Source of the DNA: an uncultured Acidobacteriota bacterium
GTDB taxonomy: Bacteria; Acidobacteriota; Thermoanaerobaculia; UBA5066; DATFVB01
DNA length: 64,000 nucleotides
Direction of reading: 5' to 3'
Assembly: GCA_963813155.1 (NCBI GenBank)
Contig: CAWEYG010000006.1
Location: forward strand, 32,001 to 96,000
Each line of letters starts with the position of its first letter. The stretch's first letter is position 1. Positions 10,208 to 18,799 of this stretch are shown in pieces. The notes below the pieces were generated by a model, which was not told where the DNA came from, ran no database searches, and saw only the letters and a list, made by a program, of their open reading frames with translations. Both the position numbers and the translations under genes were made by a program.

Positions 10208-11362
10208 GTGACGACTGATTCTCTCGACGAATGTCTCCCTCCGGAGCTGGCCACGGCTCCGGTTTCCTCGTCCCGCCGAATTCACCTGCCCGCTCTCGAC
10301 GGCCTTCGGGGGTTCGGGATTCTCGGGGTCATGATCATGCATTTCTCAAATCATGACCCGGGCCTCCGCGCGCTCGGCCGTTCGGCCATCCTGCTGGACC
10401 TGTCGGCATGGGGAATGCCGATGTTCTTCCTTCTGTCGGGCTTTCTCATCACCGGGATTCTCCTTGAGGCTCGCGATAAGCCTCACTATTTCCGCAATTT
10501 CTTCGTCCGCCGGATCCTGCGGATCTTTCCGCTCTATTACGGGGTCCTCCTGCTCCTCTTCGTGATCCATCCCGCCTGGGGACACGCGATCGGAGGCACC
10601 TCGAGTCCCCGCTGGCTGTGGCTGTACGCCTCGAATATCGAAATGGCCCGGAAGGACAGCTGGACCTACGACTTCGTTTCCCATTTCTGGTCGCTCGCGG
10701 TCGAGGAGCAGTACTACCTCTTCTGGCCGTTCATCGTTCTGGCATTCAAGCCCCGCCGGCTCCTCGTCGTCTGCGCGGCGCTCGGCGCGTTCTCGGTCGC
10801 ACTTCGGATCACGATGACGGCCGGATGGAGTCACCTGACCGGCGCGTATATCCTGATGCCCGCTCAGCTCGATCCGCTGGCGATGGGAGGCGTGCTCGCC
10901 GTTCTCGTGCGGCGGCGGCCGCCAGAGAGCTATCGGACCCTCGCCCGCTGGGCCGTCATCGCTTCTCTGGCGGTCTTCTTTTCTCTCGGCTGGTATAAGA
11001 AGCCGATGATGAGCCGGCCGCTGATCGTGGGCCGGCCGCTGCTTTCCTGTTCCCTGTTCGGCGGAATCCTGCTGCTCGCGATCGGAGAATCGGGGTTCTT
11101 TCGCCGTGTCCTGAGTTTGAGAGTTCTGACGTTTCTCGGCAAATACAGCTACGGGCTCTACGTTTTCCACTTTCCCCTTTTGCCGGTTTTCTCGCTCTGT
11201 TTCCCTCGTGAGGCGATCGGGCGCATTTTCAGTTCCCCCCTCGCGAGCCTGGTTCTCGCCGTGCTGTTGTCGATTGCCGCGACGCTAGTCCTCGCCATCG
11301 CGAGCTACGAGCTCTACGAGAAGCGATTCCTGCGGCTTAAGAGCCGGTTCGGATCGACGTGA
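10208..11362 (+). CDS. Acyltransferase family 3 (OafA-like O-acyltransferase), paralog 1
   Basis: LDGLRG, FFLLSGFLIT, RRILRIFPLYY, HFWSLAVEEQYY, GKYSYGLY. Confidence 0.92.
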   Translation: MTTDSLDECLPPELATAPVSSSRRIHLPALDGLRGFGILGVMIMHFSNHDPGLRALGRSAILLDLSAWGMPMFFLLSGFLITGILLEARDKPHYFRNFFVRRILRIFPLYYGVLLLLFVIHPAWGHAIGGTSSPRWLWLYASNIEMARKDSWTYDFVSHFWSLAVEEQYYLFWPFIVLAFKPRRLLVVCAALGAFSVALRITMTAGWSHLTGAYILMPAQLDPLAMGGVLAVLVRRRPPESYRTLARWAVIASLAVFFSLGWYKKPMMSRPLIVGRPLLSCSLFGGILLLAIGESGFFRRVLSLRVLTFLGKYSYGLYVFHFPLLPVFSLCFPREAIGRIFSSPLASLVLAVLLSIAATLVLAIASYELYEKRFLRLKSRFGST

Positions 11363-11381
11363 GAGCGTGAAACGTGAGCAA

Positions 11382-12545
11382 GTGAGCCAGGACTCACGAC
11401 TCACGGCTGACGAGGCGTCGCTTGCGGCCGCCCCCATCCGATCGGCGCGAAGGATCCACCTCCCGGCGCTCGACGGGATTCGCGGCGTTGCCATTCTCTC
11501 GGTCCTCGTCGTGCACTTCGCCGGCGACAATCCGACCGCGCGGGGGGGCCTCGAGGGCGACTCGCCATTTCTCGATCTGCTGACATTCGTCCTCGGGACT
11601 CCGGTATTCTTCGTTCTGTCGGGCTTCCTGATCACCGGCATTCTTCTGCGAGCGCGCGAGAAGCCGCACTACTTTCGAAACTTCTACGTTCGCCGGGTGC
11701 TTCGGATTTTTCCTCTCTACTTCGCGGTGCTCGCGGTTCTCTTCGTGATTCATCCGGTGTGGGGTCGGTCCGTCGGCGGAACATCGAGCCCGGGCTGGCT
11801 CTGGGTGTTTCTGGAAAACGTCGAGCTCGCGAGGAAGAACCACTGGACCTTCGGGTTCCTCAATCACTTCTGGTCGCTCGCCGTCGAAGAGCAGTACTAC
11901 CTCGTTTGGCCGCTCATCGTCCTGGCTCTTCGGCCGAAGCGCCTCCTGGTCGCGTGCGTCGGGTTCGCGGCTTTCTCTTTTCTGCTGCGTCTCGTCCTGA
12001 CGTCGGGGTGGTCGCACCTCGTCGGCGCCTACGTACTCACGCCGTGCCAGCTCGACCCGCTCTGCACGGGTGGCGCCCTCGCGATTCTCGTGAGTCATTG
12101 GCCGGCCTCGCGGTTTCGCGTCCCCGCGCGATTGGCGATTGTCGTCGCTCTCGCATCGTATTTTCTCCTGGGCTGGCAGCGGGAGGACTGGATGACGCGG
12201 CCGAAGATCGTCGGCAAGCCGCTCCTCTCCGCACTCCTGTCCGGAGGCGTCCTCCTTCTCGCAGTCGGAGAGACGGGGTTCTTTCGCCGCATCCTCGGAT
12301 CCCGCCCCTTGACGTTCGTCGGGAAGTACAGTTACGGCCTGTACGCCTTTCATTTCCCGCTTCTGCCGTTCCTGGCCCGTCGATTTTCGCCCGCCGCGAT
12401 TGGCGCCAAGCTGGGTTCGCCCCTCGCGGGCCTCTCGGTGAGTGTCGCGCTGTCGATAACGACCTGTCTGCTGATCTCGATTGCGAGCTACGAGCTCTTC
12501 GAGAAGCGAATCCTGCGGCTCAAGAGCCGGTTCGGATCGACGTGA
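11382..12545 (+). CDS. Acyltransferase family 3, paralog 2
   Basis: Same AT3 motifs; high similarity to neighbouring paralogs. Confidence 0.92.
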   Translation: MSQDSRLTADEASLAAAPIRSARRIHLPALDGIRGVAILSVLVVHFAGDNPTARGGLEGDSPFLDLLTFVLGTPVFFVLSGFLITGILLRAREKPHYFRNFYVRRVLRIFPLYFAVLAVLFVIHPVWGRSVGGTSSPGWLWVFLENVELARKNHWTFGFLNHFWSLAVEEQYYLVWPLIVLALRPKRLLVACVGFAAFSFLLRLVLTSGWSHLVGAYVLTPCQLDPLCTGGALAILVSHWPASRFRVPARLAIVVALASYFLLGWQREDWMTRPKIVGKPLLSALLSGGVLLLAVGETGFFRRILGSRPLTFVGKYSYGLYAFHFPLLPFLARRFSPAAIGAKLGSPLAGLSVSVALSITTCLLISIASYELFEKRILRLKSRFGST

Positions 12546-12588
12546 GAGCGTGAAGGCGTGAGAACGTGAGCAAGTGAGCGCGTGAGCC
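12541..12588 (+). repeat. Degenerate 8-bp tandem repeat (CGTGAGNN)x6 between acyltransferase genes
   Basis: cgtgagag cgtgaagg cgtgagaa cgtgagca agtgagcg cgtgagcc; a shorter version lies at about 11358-11388. Confidence 0.8.
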
Positions 12589-13742
12589 AGGACTCTCGAC
12601 TCACGGCTGACGAGGCGTCGCTTGCGGCCGCCCCGATCCGATCGTCGCGAAGGGTCCACCTGCCGGCGCTCGACGGGATCCGCGGATTTGGAGTGATGCT
12701 CGTCCTCCTGATCCACTTCGTCGGTTATGGCCCGGCCGCCCCGACGGACCAGGGGAAGGCCGTGCCGTTTCTCAACTTCCTCTCATTCGCGTTCGGCATC
12801 CCGGTGTTCTTCGTTCTCTCGGGCTTCCTGATCACCGGAATCCTTCTGGAGGCGCGCGAAAAGCCTCACTACTTCCGGAACTTCTATACGCGCCGCGTTC
12901 TTCGGATCTTTCCCCTGTATTACGGAGTGCTGGCCGTTCTTTTCGTGGTTCACCCGGCGTGGGGGCGCGCGATCGCGGGAAACTCGAGCCCGGGCTGGCT
13001 CTGGGCCTACATGTCGAACGTCGAACAGGCCCGTCAGAATAATATGACCTACCACTATCTGGGGCATTTCTGGTCGCTCGCGGTCGAAGAGCAGTACTAC
13101 CTCGTCTGGCCTTTCATCGTCCTGGCCTTTCGTCCCCGATATCTGTTCGCGGTCTGCGTCGCGTTGGGTGGTTTCTCGGTAGGCCTGCGATTTTTTCTGA
13201 CGGCGGGATGGGGTCATCTCGTCTCGACCTACGTGTTGACGCCGTGTCAGCTCGACCCGCTCTGCACGGGAGGCGCGCTGGCGATCCTCGTGCGGAAATG
13301 GCCGCTGCGGCGACTTCAGGTTTTCGCCCGTTTCGCCGTGTTCGGTTCCCTTGCGGCCTACTTTCTCCTGGGCTGGCAGAGCGAGCCCAGGGCGTCGCGG
13401 CAGCAGGTCGTGGGCCGGCCGCTTCTTTCCTGTTTTCTGTTCGGCGGAGTCGTTTTGCTCGCGATCGGGGAAACGGGGTTCTTTCGCCGCGTGCTGGGTG
13501 CCCGGCCAGTGACATTCCTCGGCAAGTACAGTTACGGTCTTTATGTCTTTCACTACATGCTCATGCCATTCTTCGCAGTCTGTTTCCCGAGACAGGAGCT
13601 CGGTCGCGAGCTCGGTTCGCCGCTCGCGGGGATCGCAAGCTCGATAGCGCTTTCGGCGGCCGCCGTTGTCCTCGTGTCGATCGCGAGCTACGAGCTCTAC
13701 GAGAAGCGATTCCTGCGGCTGAAAGCCCGGTTTTCGGCGTGA
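12582..13742 (+). CDS. Acyltransferase family 3, paralog 3
   Basis: Same AT3 motifs; N-terminus SQDSRLTADEASLAAAPIRS identical to paralog 2. Confidence 0.92.
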   Translation: MSQDSRLTADEASLAAAPIRSSRRVHLPALDGIRGFGVMLVLLIHFVGYGPAAPTDQGKAVPFLNFLSFAFGIPVFFVLSGFLITGILLEAREKPHYFRNFYTRRVLRIFPLYYGVLAVLFVVHPAWGRAIAGNSSPGWLWAYMSNVEQARQNNMTYHYLGHFWSLAVEEQYYLVWPFIVLAFRPRYLFAVCVALGGFSVGLRFFLTAGWGHLVSTYVLTPCQLDPLCTGGALAILVRKWPLRRLQVFARFAVFGSLAAYFLLGWQSEPRASRQQVVGRPLLSCFLFGGVVLLAIGETGFFRRVLGARPVTFLGKYSYGLYVFHYMLMPFFAVCFPRQELGRELGSPLAGIASSIALSAAAVVLVSIASYELYEKRFLRLKARFSA

Positions 13743-14950
13743 AAGTTCTTTTTGTGAACCAGGTTTATACGCCGGATGTCGCGGCGACCGCCGGCCAGCT
13801 TGCGGATCTCGCGGAGGCAATGGCCGCTCGGGGAGACGAGGTCCGGGTGATCGCGTCGCGTCGCGGATATTCGGAAGCCGGGCGAAGTTTTCCTCGCCGG
13901 TCGGCGGTAAAGGGCGTACGGGTCGAGAGGGTCTGGGAGCCTCGTCTCGAGAAGCGCGGCTTCTGGCGGCGGATCGTTCGGGCGGCAGCTTTTTTCGCAG
14001 GAGCGGGCGTTCGCGCGCTTGCCGGCCCGCGGCCCGACGCGATCGTCGTCCTGACCTCGCCGCCGCTGCTTCCCGTTCTCGGCCGAACCGTCGCTGCGCT
14101 TCGGCGGCGGCCGTATGCGATCTGGCTGATGGATCTGAATCCGGACGAGGCGATTGCCGCCGGCGCCGTGCGGCCGGGTGGGGCGACCGCGAAGCTCCTC
14201 GCGGGGCTGACCCGCTTCAGTCTTCGAGGGGCGGCGAGGGTCGTCGTGCTCGACCGATTCATGAGGGAAAGGGTGGAACGTTACGGCGTGCAGCCGGACC
14301 GGACCGTGATAATCGCTCCCTGGTCGCACGATGCGGACGTGCGCGACGACGAAGCTGGAAGGAATCAGTTCCGGAAACGGCACGCCCTCGAGGGGCGAAT
14401 CGTCGTGATGTATGCGGGCAACTTCAGCCTCTGCCATCCTCTCGACACTCTTCTCGAGACGGCGCGAAGATTGAAAGACGAGCCCGATTTCCTCTTCCTC
14501 TTCGTCGGGGGCGGCGAAGGAGCTCGTCAGGTCCGGGCGGCCGCCGAGTCGGGAACGCTTCCGAACGTCCGGCTGCTCTCTTATCAGCCCCGGGAAGGAC
14601 TCGCGGCCTCGCTCTCGGCTGCCGACGTGCACGTCGTCGTCATGGGAAACGCGTACGTCGGGATTCTCCATCCTTCGAAGGTGTACAACGCGCTTCGCGT
14701 CAACCGGCCCGTGCTCTACATCGGTCCGGAAGAGAGCCCCGTCGCGGACGTCCTCGAGGCTGCCGGCAAGGGCGCCGTCTGGCGCTCCGTTCGGCATGGC
14801 GACGTCGACGGCGCGGTCCGCGCGCTTCGCGAGTTGCAAGACGAGCGGGGAGAGGGCGCCGGTCTGGAGGAGAGCTCCGCGGAGCGATCCGTTCCGCGTA
14901 TGATCACGGAGTTGGATCGGGTCGCGCGAAAGGAGAGCGGAAGATCGTGA
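13739..14950 (+). CDS. Glycosyltransferase family 4 (WbuB/WcaI-like)
   Basis: VKVLFVNQVYTPDVAATAGQLADLA, LTSPPLL, MDLNPD, VMYAGNF, HPSKVY. Confidence 0.88.
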   Translation: MKVLFVNQVYTPDVAATAGQLADLAEAMAARGDEVRVIASRRGYSEAGRSFPRRSAVKGVRVERVWEPRLEKRGFWRRIVRAAAFFAGAGVRALAGPRPDAIVVLTSPPLLPVLGRTVAALRRRPYAIWLMDLNPDEAIAAGAVRPGGATAKLLAGLTRFSLRGAARVVVLDRFMRERVERYGVQPDRTVIIAPWSHDADVRDDEAGRNQFRKRHALEGRIVVMYAGNFSLCHPLDTLLETARRLKDEPDFLFLFVGGGEGARQVRAAAESGTLPNVRLLSYQPREGLAASLSAADVHVVVMGNAYVGILHPSKVYNALRVNRPVLYIGPEESPVADVLEAAGKGAVWRSVRHGDVDGAVRALRELQDERGEGAGLEESSAERSVPRMITELDRVARKESGRS

Positions 14951-15942
14951 CAGCAGCTACGAGAGTCCTCGTGACGGGCGCCGGGGGGTTCATCGGCCAG
15001 CATCTCGCCACTTACCTCAAGAGCAAGGGTTACTGGGTGCGGGGCGCGGACCTGAAATTCCCCGAATACTCGCCGAGCGCCGCGGACGAATTTTCGATCC
15101 TGGACCTGCGCCGCTGGGAAAACTGCCTCGAGGCCACGAAGGACGTCGACGAAGTCTACGCGCTCGCGGCGGACATGGGTGGAATGGGGTTCATTTCGGC
15201 CAATCACGCCCAGGTGCTGCACAACAACGCTCTGATCAATCTCCATACGATCGAGGCGGCTCGCCAGAACGGCGTGAAGCGCTACGTTTACTCGTCCTCC
15301 GCGTGTGTTTATCCGCAGTATCGCCAGCGCGAGGCGAGCGTCACGCCGCTCAAGGAAGAGGATGCGATGCCGGCGGACCCGGAGGACGGATACGGCTGGG
15401 AGAAGCTCGTCACCGAGAAGCTCTGCGGGTACTACCGCCACGATTTCGGGCTTGCGACTCACGTCGTCCGGTTCCACAACATCTACGGGCCGAAAGGAAC
15501 GTGGGACGGGGGGCGGGAAAAGGCTCCCGCCGCGCTGTGCCGCAAGATCGCCGCCGCAAAGCTCGCCGGAAGCCGCGAGATCGAGATCTGGGGCGACGGC
15601 GAGCAGACTCGCTCTTTCTGCTACATCGACGACTGCACGACGGGTCTCGAAAAGCTGATGCGCAGCGACTACGGCGAGCCTCTCAACCTGGGCCAGGACC
15701 GGCTGATCTCGATCAACGCGCTGGCGGACCTGATCGCCTCGATCGCGGGGGTCTCGGTCGTCCGGAAGCACGTGGAAGGGCCGCAGGGCGTGCGCGGAAG
15801 AAATTCCGACAACTCGCGCCTTCGCCAGGTCCTGAAGTGGGAGCCGACCGTCTCGCTCGAGGACGGTCTGGCGAAGACCTACGCGTGGATCGAAGACCAG
15901 GTGAAGAAGCGGGCAACCGAAACTGTGAGCAGTGAAAAGTGA
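14947..15942 (+). CDS. NAD-dependent epimerase, GDP-mannose 3,5-epimerase-like
   Basis: TGAGGFIG, ALAADMGGMGFI, SSACVYP, YGWEK, RFHNIYGP..TWDGGREKAPAALCRK, GVRGRNSDN, matching GME-type signatures. Confidence 0.88.
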   Translation: MTAATRVLVTGAGGFIGQHLATYLKSKGYWVRGADLKFPEYSPSAADEFSILDLRRWENCLEATKDVDEVYALAADMGGMGFISANHAQVLHNNALINLHTIEAARQNGVKRYVYSSSACVYPQYRQREASVTPLKEEDAMPADPEDGYGWEKLVTEKLCGYYRHDFGLATHVVRFHNIYGPKGTWDGGREKAPAALCRKIAAAKLAGSREIEIWGDGEQTRSFCYIDDCTTGLEKLMRSDYGEPLNLGQDRLISINALADLIASIAGVSVVRKHVEGPQGVRGRNSDNSRLRQVLKWEPTVSLEDGLAKTYAWIEDQVKKRATETVSSEK

Positions 15943-16089
15943 CTCGCAGACCCCCTTTTGCCGCTCGCGGCGCGAAGTCGTCGCAAAGGCCTTAGAACGC
16001 AGCGAGCGGAAAAGCGGGGCGAGTCCCATGACAGGACCCTCGCCGGCCGAGCAGTCTCTCCGAGGTGGCATGCCTAGGAAACTCGAGTA

Positions 16090-17931
16090 ATGCCGATCAT
16101 CTTTTTCGTCCTCCCGGCGATTCTGGCCGCCGCCATCAGTTTTTCCCTGACCCCGTTTGCGCGCCGTCTCGCCCTGCGGGTCGGCGCCGTGGACCAGCCG
16201 GGCCCGCGAAAGATGCACGCGCAGCCGACTCCGCGCCTGGGCGGTCTCGCGGTCGTCGCGTCGGTCTTCCTCGTGACCCTCCTGGTTCAGGCGGTCAACA
16301 ACCCGGGCATTCACAAGATCGAGCCCAGGCTTTTGACCGGGCTCGCGCTCGGAGTTCTGCCGGTGCTCGTCGTCTCGATCCGGGACGACATCCGCCCGCT
16401 GCGCGTCTTTCCGCGATTCCTCGCGCAGTTTGCGGGCGCGGGGATCGCGATGATGTACGGCATCCAGCTCGGAACGCGGATTCACCTCTTCGCCCTCGAC
16501 CTGTCGATCGGCTGGCTCTCGGTCCCGATTTCGCTTCTCTGGATCGTCGGGGTGACGAACGCGTTCAACATCGTCGACGGCCTCGACGGTCTCTCCGCCG
16601 GGCTCGCGCTCATCGCGGCCTTTTCCCTCGTCGGGGTGGGGTTGATGACGGGGCGTGTCGCGCTCGCGTCGATCTCGATGATCCTCGGTGGAGCGCTCGT
16701 GGGGTTCCTTCCGTACAACCTGTTCCCCGCGAGGATCTTTCTCGGGGACACGGGCTCGACCGCGATCGGCTTCTGGCTCGCGTGTCTTGCTCTTCGCGGC
16801 GGATCGACGCTGTCGGCGGGGATGGCCATTCTCGTTCCGATCCTCGTGATCGGCGTTCCGCTGACGGAAACTCTCGTTTCGATGATCCGTCGCTTCGTGC
16901 GCCGGATCGAGAAGAAGGGCGGGGGAGTGTTCTCCGCCGATCGCGAGCACATGCACCACCGCCTCGTCGCGAGCGGCATCACTCAGCGCCGGGCGGTCAT
17001 TCTTCTCTACAGCGCGGGAGTCGTCGCGGCCGCGGCGGCGCTCCTGTCGCTCTTTTTGACGGCTCAGGCCGCGGCGGTCCTCGTCGTTACCGTGCTCGCC
17101 GCGGCGGTGATCGGAATCACGCGCCTCAACTACGACGAGTTCGCTCTCGTTCGCCGCGGGTTCGTGCTGAAGATTTACGACGCCCCGGTGTTGAAGCGCG
17201 CGTTCTTCCCGGTCTTTTTCGACATCGCCCTGGTCGCGATCTCGATTTACGGGGCGATCGTGCTGAAGTCCGACGACTGGGGCCTCGTCTCGAGGCGCGC
17301 CCTGGCGCTCGAGCTGCTCGAGATCCTCCCGATCGTGACGATCGTCGTCTTCTGGTTTTTTCGGCTGTACAGGGGATCGTGGAGGAACGCGAGCATCGCC
17401 GACTTCATCCGGTCGAGCTCGGCGGTCGTGGCTTCTGCCGTTTTCGGCGCTCTCGTTTGCCTCGTGGTCCTGCGCAACCCGCCGAGAATCACCCTTTTCG
17501 TGATCGAGGCGCTGCTCCTTCTGCTCCTCGTCAACGGATCGAGGGCGTCTTACCGGCTGCTCTCCCACTGGAATCTCCGGTCCGTCCGGGAAGGGGAGCG
17601 CGTGCTCCTTTACGGGGCGGGACTCGCCGGGACGCTCGCGCTGCGGGAGATCCTGTCGAACCCCTCGTGGGGCATGCGACCCGTCGGGTTCATCGACGAC
17701 GATCCGGAGCGGATCGGCCGGGAGGTCAACGGATATCCGGTGATCGGGACACTCGCGTCGCTTCCCGAGGCGATCGGCGAGCGCCAGATCCGTTCGGTGA
17801 TCGTGGCCTCTCCCAAGATCGACCGGGAGCATCTCGCCGAGCTCGAGAAAATCGGCCGCGCGACAGGCATTCGGGTGAGCCGGTTCCGGATCGAATTCGT
17901 CGACATGGAGCCGGTGAAGACGCTTCCTTGA
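16090..17931 (+). CDS. WecA/MraY-like undecaprenyl-phosphate sugar-1-phosphate transferase fused to a CapD-N-like membrane plus Rossmann domain
   Basis: HAQPTPRLGG, RDD, NAFNIVDGLDGL, IFLGDTGS, ADREHMHH; C-terminal VLLYGAGLAG...GFIDDD. Confidence 0.85.
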   Translation: MPIIFFVLPAILAAAISFSLTPFARRLALRVGAVDQPGPRKMHAQPTPRLGGLAVVASVFLVTLLVQAVNNPGIHKIEPRLLTGLALGVLPVLVVSIRDDIRPLRVFPRFLAQFAGAGIAMMYGIQLGTRIHLFALDLSIGWLSVPISLLWIVGVTNAFNIVDGLDGLSAGLALIAAFSLVGVGLMTGRVALASISMILGGALVGFLPYNLFPARIFLGDTGSTAIGFWLACLALRGGSTLSAGMAILVPILVIGVPLTETLVSMIRRFVRRIEKKGGGVFSADREHMHHRLVASGITQRRAVILLYSAGVVAAAAALLSLFLTAQAAAVLVVTVLAAAVIGITRLNYDEFALVRRGFVLKIYDAPVLKRAFFPVFFDIALVAISIYGAIVLKSDDWGLVSRRALALELLEILPIVTIVVFWFFRLYRGSWRNASIADFIRSSSAVVASAVFGALVCLVVLRNPPRITLFVIEALLLLLLVNGSRASYRLLSHWNLRSVREGERVLLYGAGLAGTLALREILSNPSWGMRPVGFIDDDPERIGREVNGYPVIGTLASLPEAIGERQIRSVIVASPKIDREHLAELEKIGRATGIRVSRFRIEFVDMEPVKTLP

Positions 17932-17940
17932 CGCCAGGGT

Positions 17941-17988
17941 CCTCACCCCGACCTCTCGGTCACCCCTCTCCACCATGTGGAGAGGGGG
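17941..17988. repeat. BoxC-like repeat, left flank of the DUF559 gene
   Basis: cctcacccc...cccctctccac-cat-gtggagagggg. Confidence 0.85.
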
Positions 17989-18402
17989 AAAAACTTGAAT
18001 AGACTGTCGATCAAGCTGATGAATTGGCCGCTCACAAAGCAGATCGTCAAACGGTTGCGGCGTCAACCAACTCCGGCGGAAGCGATCCTTTGGGAGCGGC
18101 TGCGAGGTGGCGGCGTCCACGGGCTAAAGTTTCGTCGTCAGCACGCGATCGGTTCGTTCATCGCAGATTTCTACTGCGCGCGACCGCTTCTCGTCATCGA
18201 GCTCGACGGGGGGATTCACGAGTTTCAGAAAGTGAGAGACCGTGAACGTCAGATATATCTTGAGCGGCGGGGCCGAGCGGTGCTGAGGTTCTCGAATGAA
18301 GAGGTCCTCGCTGACCTTGAGGGAGTTGTTTCCCGAATTGTCGAGGCAGCCGCGCTCCGCACCCCCTCTCCAGATGCTGGCAGCCTTCAGATCGAGAAGT
18401 GA
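17977..18402 (+). CDS. DUF559 (Vsr-like, YcjD-like) endonuclease domain protein
   Basis: LRRQPTPAEAILWERLR, KFRRQH, IADFYC, IELDGGIH, VLRFSNEEV; start codon uncertain. Confidence 0.9.
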   Translation: MERGKNLNRLSIKLMNWPLTKQIVKRLRRQPTPAEAILWERLRGGGVHGLKFRRQHAIGSFIADFYCARPLLVIELDGGIHEFQKVRDRERQIYLERRGRAVLRFSNEEVLADLEGVVSRIVEAAALRTPSPDAGSLQIEK

Positions 18403-18428
18403 ACGCGGGAGGGGGCGGGGGGGTGAGG
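18362..18428. repeat. BoxC-like repeat, right flank of the DUF559 gene (interrupted hairpin)
   Basis: ccccctctccagatgctgg[insert]gagggggcgggggggtgagg equals the reverse complement of 5112-5152 with an insertion of about 28 bp. Confidence 0.8.
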
Positions 18429-18495
18429 CGCGGCTGGCAGAGCCCCAGGTCCCTTGCGGTCTCTTTCCCCTCGACTTAGAATGGCCCTCGGGAAA

Positions 18496-18799
18496 ATGTC
18501 TCAAAACGAACGAATGGTGCGCGCGGATGGATTTGCGACCCGAAATGTCGCGGGTGAGACGATCCTCGTGCCGATTCGCAAGGGCGTCGCCGACCTCGAG
18601 TGCGTCTTCACGCTCGACGAGGTCGGCTACGGTCGTCTGGCGCGCTCTCGAGTCGCCGAAGAGCGCCGAGGAAGTCGCCGGCGAAATCGCCCGGGAGTTC
18701 GACGTGGACGAATCGGAGGCCCGGCGGGATGTTGCCGAGTTTCTCGGCGTCCTCCGGGAATCGCGTCTCGTTCGCGACGCGGGCGAGGCCGCGCCTTGA
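18496..18799 (+). CDS. PqqD-family RiPP recognition element (RRE), frameshift near 18625
   Basis: FATRNVAGETILVPI...VFTLDEVG then VWRALESPKSAEEVAGEIAREFDVDESEARRDVAEFLGVLRESRLV, the typical stand-alone PqqD pattern. Confidence 0.88.

Noticed and set aside
14716-18120. Very long antisense or alternate-frame ORFs (e.g. 14716..18120 -, 55766..59020 -, 41431..44025 +, 35692..37827 -)
   Set aside because: Shadow ORFs of GC-rich genes: Arg/Pro/Gly-rich or antisense-codon composition with no motifs, overlapping well-supported genes.
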